Shown one piece after another: positions 56,471 through 64,000 of a stretch of DNA of 64,000 bases; position 1 is the stretch's first letter, and each line of letters opens with the position of its first letter. The DNA is from an uncultured Chloroflexia bacterium (GTDB lineage Bacteria; Chloroflexota; Limnocylindria; Limnocylindrales; CSP1-4): assembly GCA_963746845.1 (NCBI GenBank), contig CAVVCZ010000006.1, forward strand, positions 96,001-160,000, in the 5' to 3' direction. The notes beneath the pieces were generated by a model. The model was given only the letters and a program-made list of their open reading frames with translations. It did no database searches and had not been told where the DNA came from. The translations under genes and the position numbers were made by a program.

Positions 56471-57634
56471 ATGCGCCGGATCAGCCGCAAGGCCGAGAGC
56501 TTCACCGAGTCCGTCATCCGCGAGATGAACCGCCTCGCCGTCGCCGCCGACGCCGTGAGCCTGGCCCAGGGGTTCCCGGATTTTCCCTGTCCGCCCGAGC
56601 TGAAGGCCGCGGCGGCCGAGGCGGTCGCCGCGGACCACAACCAGTACGCGATCACCTTCGGATCGAAACCCCTGCGTGACGCGATCGCCGCGAAGAGCGC
56701 CCGGTTCCACCCGGACTGGATTGTCGACGCGGACACGGAGATCACGGTCGTCAACGGGGCGACCGAAGGGATGATCTCGGCGATGCTGGGCCTGCTCGAC
56801 CCGGGCGACGAGGTGATCGTCTTCGAGCCGTTCTACGAGAACTACGGGCCGGACGCGATCCTCACCGGGGCGGTCCCGCGCTACGTGACGCTCCACGAGC
56901 CGGACTGGTCGATCGATCCGGACGAGCTCCGGTCGGCGATCACGCCACGGACACGGGCGATCGTCGTGAACAGCCCGCACAACCCGACCGGCAAGGTGTT
57001 CACGCGCGCGGAGCTCGAGCTGATCGCCGGCCTGTGCCGCGAGCACGACCTGCTCGCGTTCACCGACGACATCTACCAGCACCTGGTGTACGAGGGCGAG
57101 CACATCCCGCTCGCGACGCTGCCGGGGATGCGCGAGCGGACGATCGCGATCGACTCGATGTCGAAGACGTACTCGGTGACGGGCTGGCGGGTCGGCTGGG
57201 TGATCGCGTCGCCCGAGCTGTCGATCGGCGTCCGCCGCGTCCACGACTTCCTGACCGTCGGGGCCGCGGCGCCGCTCCAGCAGGCGTCGGTCGCGGGGCT
57301 GCTGATGGCCGACGCGTACTACGAGCGTCTGCTCGCGGACTACCGCGAGCGGCGCGACGCGCTCCTGCCCGCGCTCGAGGCGGCCGGCTTCCGGGTCCAT
57401 CGCCCGGCCGGTGCCTACTACGCGATGACGGACATCCGCGACCTGACATCGGAGGACGACGTCGCGTTCGCGCGGCGGCTGATCGCCGATCCGGGGGTCG
57501 CGGCGGTGCCCGGCTCGTCGTTCTTCTCGCGGCCCGAGCTCGGCCGGACGAAGCTCCGGTTCGCCTTCCCGAAGCGGCTCGAGACGCTGCAGGCAGCGGC
57601 CGAGCGGCTCACCCGGATCCGCGCGGCGGTCTGA
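56471..57634 (+). CDS. Class I/II PLP-dependent aminotransferase
   Basis: LAQGFPDF, NSPHNPTG, DDIY, SMSKTYSVTGWRVG, LRFAF. Confidence 0.95.
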   Translation: MRRISRKAESFTESVIREMNRLAVAADAVSLAQGFPDFPCPPELKAAAAEAVAADHNQYAITFGSKPLRDAIAAKSARFHPDWIVDADTEITVVNGATEGMISAMLGLLDPGDEVIVFEPFYENYGPDAILTGAVPRYVTLHEPDWSIDPDELRSAITPRTRAIVVNSPHNPTGKVFTRAELELIAGLCREHDLLAFTDDIYQHLVYEGEHIPLATLPGMRERTIAIDSMSKTYSVTGWRVGWVIASPELSIGVRRVHDFLTVGAAAPLQQASVAGLLMADAYYERLLADYRERRDALLPALEAAGFRVHRPAGAYYAMTDIRDLTSEDDVAFARRLIADPGVAAVPGSSFFSRPELGRTKLRFAFPKRLETLQAAAERLTRIRAAV

Positions 57635-57651
57635 CGAAGGCATGGCCGGAC

Positions 57652-59541
57652 ATGGCTGACCCGACTGCCGGCGGAGGGTCGCCGTCGACTGCCTCGAGCG
57701 GTGTCCGCGCCGGCTCCGTGACCCGGGGCTTCCTGTTCTCGGACCTGCGCGGGTACACGAAGTTCCTCGAGACCCGCGGCGCCGCGGCCGCGGCCGACGT
57801 CCTGCTTCGATATCGGGACCTCGTCCGCGGGCTCGTGCAGCAACACGCAGGGGCCGAGATCCGGACGGAGGGCGACAGCTTCTATGTCGTGTTCGCCGCG
57901 GTCAGTGATGCTGTCCAGTGCGGCCTCGCGATCGCCGCGGAGGCTCGCGCGGCATCGATCGAGCGCCCCGAGGCGCCGATCGCGGTCGGCATCGGGATCC
58001 ATGCCGGCGAGACGATCGAGACGCCGGATGGATATGTCGGTGGGTCGGTCAACATCGCGGCTCGGCTGTGCGCCCTGGCCGGGGCCGGCGAGGTCCTCGT
58101 CAGCGACACGGTCCGGGCACTGACCTACACCGTCCTCTCGGTCAGTTTCGTGCCCCGCGGCAAGAAGGCCCTCAAGGGGGTGACCGACCCGGTCGCCGTC
58201 TATGCCGTGGTGCCCACCTCGGAGGCGCCGCACCCGACCGCCACCGGCCGGCTGCGCCGGCTGTCGCGGGGCGCCCGCGCCGGCATCGCGGTCGTGGTCG
58301 CCATCGCCGTCATCGGCGTCGGGGCGTTCGCCTTCACCGCCCTCCGCCATGGCGCGGGCCTCCCTGCCGGGGCATGGAAGATCGGGCTGGACGTGCCGCT
58401 CACGGGCGACGCCGCATTCCGCGGCATGCAGATCAAGAACGGGGTCACGCTCGCCCTGGACGATGCGAATGCCGCCGGCGGGGTCGGCGGTGCCCAGGTG
58501 GCGCTGGACGCAAAGGACGACGCGGGCAACGCGGACACCGACCAGGATCCGGTCGCCGGCGCGGCGAACGCCTCTGCGCTGGTCGCCGACCCGAACGTCC
58601 TGGCGATGGTCGGCCCGGCCGGGTCGCCGGTCGCCAAGGCGGAGATCCCGATCACGAACCAGGCCGGGCTCCTCGAGTGCAGCCCGGCGAACACGCTTCC
58701 GGGGCTGACGAAGCCGCGCGACGGCGCCCTCGATCTCCGGTCGGCGTTCCCGACTCGGATCAACTACATCCGGACGGCGCCGTCGGACGACATCCAGGGC
58801 CCGGCGCTCGCCTCGTTCGTCTTCCACGACCTCGGCGCGACGTCGACGCTCGTGATCGACGATGCCGACCAGGGGCGGCAGGTCGCGGACGACTTCGCCG
58901 CGGCCTACACGAAGCTCGGGGGGACCGTGGTCCGCCGGGCCCTGAACCCGGGCGACCAGCCGGACTCCGTCCTCGCGCCGCTCGCGACCGCGAGCGGCGC
59001 TCCGGCCGCGGTGTTCTTCGGCGGCTTCACCGAGACGGGTGCCCCCGAGGTCCGCGAGGCGATGGTCGCAGGCGGTCACGCCGACGTGCCATTCGTGAGC
59101 TGGGACGGGATCCAGGACGGGTCCGGCGCCGACAAGGGCTCGTTCATCCAGACCGCCGGGCCGGCCGCCGTCGGCTCGTACTTCTCGCACGCGTCGTTCG
59201 GGGCTCCGAAGGCCGACTTCGTCACTCGCTATCGCGCCCGGTTCAACGACGATCCCGACGAATATGCGACGGCGGCGTTCGCCTGCACGCAGGTCATCCT
59301 GGGCTCGCTCCGGGCCGTGGCCGCGACCGGGCCGAGCGCCGACGGGCTCCGCGACGCCGTCCGCGCCTACGCCGTCGACCCGAGCAACCGGTTCGACACG
59401 GTCATCGGCTCGGTCGGGTTCGATGCCAACGGCGACTCGCTCCAGCAGTTCGTCACGTTCTACAAGGTCGATGGTTCGGCCGCCGGCGGAACGGGCGACT
59501 GGGTGATCGACAAGCAGCAGGACTTCGGCCCGGCGCCGTAG
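57652..59541 (+). CDS. Class III adenylate/guanylate cyclase - TM - LivJ-type Venus-flytrap fusion
   Basis: FLFSDLRGYT, TEGDSF, GIGIHAG, VNIAARL, LKGV; one TM; then IGLDVPLTG..ALDDAN..RTAPSDDIQG..VGFDANGD. Confidence 0.88.
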   Translation: MADPTAGGGSPSTASSGVRAGSVTRGFLFSDLRGYTKFLETRGAAAAADVLLRYRDLVRGLVQQHAGAEIRTEGDSFYVVFAAVSDAVQCGLAIAAEARAASIERPEAPIAVGIGIHAGETIETPDGYVGGSVNIAARLCALAGAGEVLVSDTVRALTYTVLSVSFVPRGKKALKGVTDPVAVYAVVPTSEAPHPTATGRLRRLSRGARAGIAVVVAIAVIGVGAFAFTALRHGAGLPAGAWKIGLDVPLTGDAAFRGMQIKNGVTLALDDANAAGGVGGAQVALDAKDDAGNADTDQDPVAGAANASALVADPNVLAMVGPAGSPVAKAEIPITNQAGLLECSPANTLPGLTKPRDGALDLRSAFPTRINYIRTAPSDDIQGPALASFVFHDLGATSTLVIDDADQGRQVADDFAAAYTKLGGTVVRRALNPGDQPDSVLAPLATASGAPAAVFFGGFTETGAPEVREAMVAGGHADVPFVSWDGIQDGSGADKGSFIQTAGPAAVGSYFSHASFGAPKADFVTRYRARFNDDPDEYATAAFACTQVILGSLRAVAATGPSADGLRDAVRAYAVDPSNRFDTVIGSVGFDANGDSLQQFVTFYKVDGSAAGGTGDWVIDKQQDFGPAP

Positions 59542-59778
59542 CGGCCCGATCTGGCCGGTTCCACCCGCCGGTCAGGCGCCGGGCGCGTCAAACGACGTTC
59601 GGCGCCGCCCGCGGATCCCGATTGGCGCTTTCGGACATCAGACGACGCGCTGGACGCTCGATTCGACGGCCGACGGGGCTGTTGCCGGCGACTTCGGGCG
59701 GTGCGGACGTCGTTTCACGCGGTGAGCGCCTGAAGGGGTGTCGGCGCGCCCCCGCGGCCGGGCAGCTTCCGCGATGGG

Positions 59779-60843
59779 TCAGGCGAGGAGGGCGACCAGC
59801 GCTGCCCGCCCGGTGATCGCGGTGATGATCGCGACGGCGACGCTGGCGAGCGTCCCGAGCAGGTAGTACTCGGCGAAGTCGCGGTCGTCGAGGAGCCGGA
59901 ACCGAGCGAGGGTCTTGGCCGCGACGACAAAGCCGATCGCCGCCTCGGTACCGGTCAGCACGAAGACCACGACGAGGATCCGCTCGAGGACGCCGATCGT
60001 GGCCCCGACGCGCGCGGTCTGGGCGCGCGGTGCGGCGACGGCCAGGACCGCTTCGGCGGCCGGAGGCGGCGGATCCGGCTCCGCCTCGATCCGCGTCTCC
60101 AGCGGGCCGATCCGGACCGACCAGCCGCGCGACCGGTCGAGGGGCGCGGGGCCCGACGACGGCGCGGCACCGACCCCGCCAACCGGTGGCGCGTCCACGA
60201 CCGACGGGCCGGCGCGTCCGCCCCAGCGCGTCTCGCCCTCCGTCTGCTCGACCGGCCGGACGAGGACGGCGACGAAGATCGACGCCGCCAGGATGTTCGC
60301 GATCGCCAGGCTCGAGAGGACCACCCCGGCGGACACGACGTCGTGGACCGCGGCGCGGTCCCAGCTCCCGAGGATCTGGTTGACGGCGTCGGTCCACCCC
60401 TGCAGCAGAGGGGCGCTCGACAGGAGCACCGCCCACGCGACGAACGCGACCAGCAGGTGGGCCAGCTGGTCGAGGATGAACAGCGCCGCGGGCCACGGCG
60501 TCCACGCCCGGCCCAGGTGGTCGGATGGCTGGACGCCCTCGTGCCGCCCGTGGGCGGCGACCAGCGCCGACGCGGCCGCGCGCCGGGTCAGCAGGACCTT
60601 CGAGCGGTCGATGAGCATGTGGAGGATCGCGGACGCGGCCAGGAACGCCCAGCCCGGCCCGCCCCACGCCAGCCCGACGGGGATCAGGCAGACCGCGACG
60701 ATCGCCCCGTGGGCGACCAGCCCACGCAGCGCGCGCGAGCCGTGGTCGGACTTCGCGCGGACGATCGAGGTGGTCTGGAACAGGAAGTCCGCCGCGAGAT
60801 GGGCGAGGACGAGCCAGGCGAGGACAAGGATCGGGTCGGTCAT
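59779..60843 (-). CDS. DUF3307 family membrane protein
   Basis: AHLAADFLFQ, HG, HMLID, DQLAHL, IGVLER, AAKTLARF, AEYYLLGTLAS. Confidence 0.88.
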   Translation of the reverse strand: MTDPILVLAWLVLAHLAADFLFQTTSIVRAKSDHGSRALRGLVAHGAIVAVCLIPVGLAWGGPGWAFLAASAILHMLIDRSKVLLTRRAAASALVAAHGRHEGVQPSDHLGRAWTPWPAALFILDQLAHLLVAFVAWAVLLSSAPLLQGWTDAVNQILGSWDRAAVHDVVSAGVVLSSLAIANILAASIFVAVLVRPVEQTEGETRWGGRAGPSVVDAPPVGGVGAAPSSGPAPLDRSRGWSVRIGPLETRIEAEPDPPPPAAEAVLAVAAPRAQTARVGATIGVLERILVVVFVLTGTEAAIGFVVAAKTLARFRLLDDRDFAEYYLLGTLASVAVAIITAITGRAALVALLA

Positions 60844-61469
60844 CCGGGACCCTCCGCCGGGCGGGCGAGGAGCGTCCGGATCACTCGCGCGAGCTCGCCG
60901 ATCGAGCGCAGGTGAGCGCGATCTGCGGCGACGGAGACCGTCGCCCGGCTGACACCCAGCCGTGCCGCGGCCTCGGATTGACGGAGGCCGTCGACGAGGA
61001 TCGGCCAGGCGATCTCCCGCTGCCGCTTCGTGAGGTCGTCGAGCAGCTCGCCGAGGAGGGGCGCGAGACCGTTGAGCAGGTCGTCGGTCGGGGGGTCGCC
61101 ACGGACCGCGGCGACGGACTCGCGACGCGAGGCGGCGCCGGCGAGGCGCTCGCGGGCCGTGATGAACGCCGGTCCGCTGCGCTGGGTGGCCGGTCCGTGG
61201 CCCGGATCGACCTCGCCCCGGACGAGGACCCAGCGCATCGGGAGCCGATCCGGATGGAGGGACGCGCGGAGGACGGCCCGGGTCGGGTCGGCGGCGGGCG
61301 TGAGCAGGCCCTGGATCTCGTCGCCCTGCGTGAACTCGAACGCCGCGAGCCGATCACCCGCGGGGTAGGCGGCGTCCAGATCGGCCGTCAGCATCCGGAG
61401 CCAGGCCGTCGCCGCCGGCGCATTGCCGCGCGAGCGGACCACGTCGCCGAAGAGCACCACGGCGTCCAT
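60840..61469 (-). CDS. satD: SatD family protein with C-terminal HTH
   Basis: GDVVRSR, TQGDEIQG, GPAFITAR, LTKRQ..RQSEAAARLGVSRATVS; ATGA overlap with DUF3307. Confidence 0.82.
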   Translation of the reverse strand: MDAVVLFGDVVRSRGNAPAATAWLRMLTADLDAAYPAGDRLAAFEFTQGDEIQGLLTPAADPTRAVLRASLHPDRLPMRWVLVRGEVDPGHGPATQRSGPAFITARERLAGAASRRESVAAVRGDPPTDDLLNGLAPLLGELLDDLTKRQREIAWPILVDGLRQSEAAARLGVSRATVSVAADRAHLRSIGELARVIRTLLARPAEGPG

Positions 61470-61475
61470 CGCCCG

Positions 61476-61528
61476 AGGCTAACGCGAGCAGAGTTAGCCG
61501 TCAACGACTAATCCGGGTCGAGTTAGCC
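61476..61528 (-). promoter_or_regulatory. Leaderless satD promoter with a tandem inverted-repeat operator
   Basis: GGCTAAC-N9-GTTAGCC at 61477-61499 and GACTAAT-N9-GTTAGCC at 61506-61528; - strand TAGCCT 6 nt before ATG. Confidence 0.65.
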
Positions 61529-61551
61529 ATCTCCGGCAAGCGAGGAGAGGC

Positions 61552-63117
61552 TCATCCGGCGACCGCAGCCGATCGCGCCTCGTCGACGATCTCCGCAACG
61601 CGCGCCCCGATCGCCGGCGTGTCGAACCGGAGCAGCGGGTCGGGATCGATCATCCGCTCCTCGACCTTCCCGTCGCGCCGGAAGTAGACCACCGGGTAGA
61701 TCGCCCCGCTGCCGTCCGCCTCCAGGGTCAGCGCGAGCAAATCGCCCGTGCCGTCGTCGCCGACCCCGTCCACGAACGCCGCCAGGGGCACGATCCCCTC
61801 GTTCCGCGGCCCCTCGCCCGGATCGAGCGAGATCACCCGGGCAAGGTAGGCCCGCTGGTGCCACAGCTCTGGCGCCATGGCGAGCTCCGCCTGGATCATC
61901 GTCACGAGGTCGTCCGCGGCGACCGGGGGTCGCTCCGGGGCCACCCCGAAGACCGTCCGGGCCACGTGGTTCGCGAGGACGCGGGCGTTGTACCGGGCAC
62001 CATGGACCGCGCCGGAGTTCGCGGGCAGGCCGTGCTTCTTCAACCCGGCGGATCCCTGCCCGATCGTCCCGGCGAAGAAGATGCCGGGCAGCGACGCGCT
62101 CTCCCAGTACGGCGTCTGGGCCGGGAGCCGGCTCTGCCCGAAGGTCGTCACCCCGAGATCCGGCAGGTCCAGGAGCGGCGTGACGAACCCGGTTGCCGAG
62201 ATGACCTCGTCGGCCTCGATCACGAGCTCGTCGCCGCCCGCCGATGGCCGCACCCGGACGATCAGGCCGTCGCCGCCCTCCGCCCGCTCGATCCCCCCGA
62301 TCGACGCGTCGAGGATCGTGACGCCGCCGCCGAGGACGTGATCCTCGAACGGCTGGACGTAGCGCGCCCGGACGCCGACGAGGGACTTCGTGTTGACCGA
62401 CAGCTTCGCCGGCGATGGTGAGGCGAGGACGATCCGGCGGGCCCAGGGCAGCAGCCCGGACGCCAGCTCGAAGCCCGAGTTCTGCTTGCCCATGATGAAG
62501 ACGCGGTGACCGGCGTACGTCTCCGCGGGCCGGGTGTCCGCATAGTGGGCGGCCAGCTCGATCCCCGGCGTCGCGGGCGCGTACGGCTCGGCGACGCCGA
62601 CCGCGAAGATCGCGACGCGGGCGCGGTACTCGCCGTCAGCCGTCTCGAGGATGAAGCGGTCGCCGTCGGCGGTCTCCTCTCGGCGGGTCGCGGTCCAGCG
62701 GCAGTCGTACCGGATCCGGACCCCGGTCTGCTTCGCGAACGTGCCGAGGTTCAGCTCCATCTCCGGTCGCGACGGGAAGTAGGACGTCCCGTCCATGAGG
62801 CCCGGCATCAACGAGCGGTGCTCGGGCTCGTCGGCGAGGAGGCTGTTCCAGTCGTAGCGCTCGTAGGCCCGGCTCGATTGCTCGACGGGGGCGTACGGCT
62901 TCGTCCACGACAGGAGCCGCTGGAAGAACGGCCAGCGGCGGAACATGCCGCCGGGCGCCGGATCGGCCGAGATCACCGCATGGTCGAGCCCGACGCGGTC
63001 GAGGGCGTACGCCACCTGGATCGCCCCGGGACCGCTGCCGACGACGATGACCGGGTAGTCGCCCGGTGGGAACGGTCGCTCGGCGTCGCGATCCCCCGAA
63101 GCGGTCAGCTCCGCCAC
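61552..63117 (-). CDS. FAD/NAD(P)-dependent oxidoreductase, FOXRED2/ERFAD-like
   Basis: VVGSGPG, RYDWNSLL, IMGKQNSGFE, ISATGF, ES..PGIFFAGT, VHGARY, IYPVVY; start overlaps the upstream gene. Confidence 0.82.
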   Translation of the reverse strand: MAELTASGDRDAERPFPPGDYPVIVVGSGPGAIQVAYALDRVGLDHAVISADPAPGGMFRRWPFFQRLLSWTKPYAPVEQSSRAYERYDWNSLLADEPEHRSLMPGLMDGTSYFPSRPEMELNLGTFAKQTGVRIRYDCRWTATRREETADGDRFILETADGEYRARVAIFAVGVAEPYAPATPGIELAAHYADTRPAETYAGHRVFIMGKQNSGFELASGLLPWARRIVLASPSPAKLSVNTKSLVGVRARYVQPFEDHVLGGGVTILDASIGGIERAEGGDGLIVRVRPSAGGDELVIEADEVISATGFVTPLLDLPDLGVTTFGQSRLPAQTPYWESASLPGIFFAGTIGQGSAGLKKHGLPANSGAVHGARYNARVLANHVARTVFGVAPERPPVAADDLVTMIQAELAMAPELWHQRAYLARVISLDPGEGPRNEGIVPLAAFVDGVGDDGTGDLLALTLEADGSGAIYPVVYFRRDGKVEERMIDPDPLLRFDTPAIGARVAEIVDEARSAAVAG

Positions 63118-63527
63118 CGGTTCGCGTTCCGCAGACGGCGCGCCTGCGCCTGAAGCATCCGGTACATCAACGGCGGGTTGTCGAGGAGGACACCGCGCAC
63201 CGCCGGTCCGCCGAGCACGAGTGTCCGCATCTCGCGGGAGGCGACGATGTCGGCGCCGGGCGGCTCGCCCAGCAGGATCGACACCTCGCCGAAGAAGTCG
63301 CCGCGGGACAGGGTGGCCCGCTTCTGGCCGTCGATGATCACGTCGGCCTCGCCGTCGAGGATCACGTGGAACGCCGAGCCGGTCAGGCCCTGCCGGAGGA
63401 TCCGGGTGCCCTGGGCGTGGACCTCCTCCTCGAACATGTGGGCGATCCGCTCGAGCTGCGGCGTCGTCAGGTCGGCGAAGAGCGCGAACCCGGCGATCTG
63501 GTCGACGATCTCGTCGCGACTGGCCAT
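63105..63527 (-). CDS. Cyclic nucleotide-binding domain protein (stand-alone)
   Basis: LFADL..ILRQG..FHVILDG..GDFFGEVSIL; GGAGG RBS. Confidence 0.9.
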   Translation of the reverse strand: MASRDEIVDQIAGFALFADLTTPQLERIAHMFEEEVHAQGTRILRQGLTGSAFHVILDGEADVIIDGQKRATLSRGDFFGEVSILLGEPPGADIVASREMRTLVLGGPAVRGVLLDNPPLMYRMLQAQARRLRNANRWRS

Positions 63528-63670
63528 GGACGGGTCGTCCCTCCAACGGAGCGTGGTGGACGCATTCTGGCACTTGCCACCGTTCGGCGATGACCGCTCC
63601 CTCGCGGACGTCGCGGTTGACGCCGACCGGGCGCGGCGCGCAGCATCACGAGGAACTCACAGGAGGCTCC

Positions 63671-64000
63671 GTGACCCTCACCCTCGACCGGCGGAACGAG
63701 CTGCTCGGCAACTGTCCGCTGTTCCGCGGCGTGACCGGCGACGACCTGTCGGCGGTCGCCGACCGGGCCGTCGAGGTCGACTTCCCGGCCGACCACGTGA
63801 TCGCCCGGCAGGGCGAGATCGAGACCGGCTTCTTCGTCGTCATCGAGGGGTCCGTGCGGGTCGTCCGGGACGGGCAGGAGCTGGCCCGCCTCGGGCCCGG
63901 CGACTTCTTCGGCGAGATGTCGGTCATCGACGGCCTGCCCCGGGTGGCCTCCGTCGCGACGGAGGAACCGACCCGCTGTCTCGCCCTCGCGAGCTGGGAG
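63671..64000 (+). CDS. Cyclic nucleotide-binding domain protein (Crp-like), truncated by the window end
   Basis: AGGAGG RBS with GTG start; PLFRG..IARQGE..FFVVIEG..GDFFGEMSVIDGLPRVASV; open to the end of the window. Confidence 0.9.
   Translation, partial: MTLTLDRRNELLGNCPLFRGVTGDDLSAVADRAVEVDFPADHVIARQGEIETGFFVVIEGSVRVVRDGQELARLGPGDFFGEMSVIDGLPRVASVATEEPTRCLALASWE

Noticed and set aside
55088-57643. 851-aa and 668-aa overlapping ORFs
   Set aside because: These are extensions antisense to the neighbouring gene. The true starts at 56446 and 56471 are supported by symmetric -10 elements.

Overview
Gene-dense, very GC-rich bacterial chromosomal window with about 66 CDS. I found no rRNA, tRNA, CRISPR array, transposase or phage genes. 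Gene content and frequent leaderless TANNNT-N6-8-start promoters suggest a monoderm lineage, probably Chloroflexota or Actinomycetota (inference). Ordinary content includes SulP, MFS, three ABC systems, a DEAD-box helicase, two DNA glycosylase-family genes, VapBC, hydrolases and cell-wall enzymes. The most unusual items are: (1) a GreA fused behind a GIY-YIG-like nuclease domain; (2) a candidate cyclic-nucleotide signalling cluster at 57.6-64 kb, made of a membrane cyclase with a Venus-flytrap sensor, SatD/DUF3307 with a tandem operator, a FOXRED2-like flavoprotein and two cNMP-binding proteins; (3) a ~2000-aa 8-GAF/2-PAS histidine kinase; (4) a WYL regulator with DriD-like GAC-N7-GTC boxes that may control a small protein; (5) several micro-ORFs, including a zinc ribbon ending in an ssrA-like LALAA; and (6) structured intergenic RNA candidates. 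Family assignments come from motif recognition by eye, not from database searches. Many start codons were re-picked from the ORF track using RBS, -10 or gene-overlap evidence.
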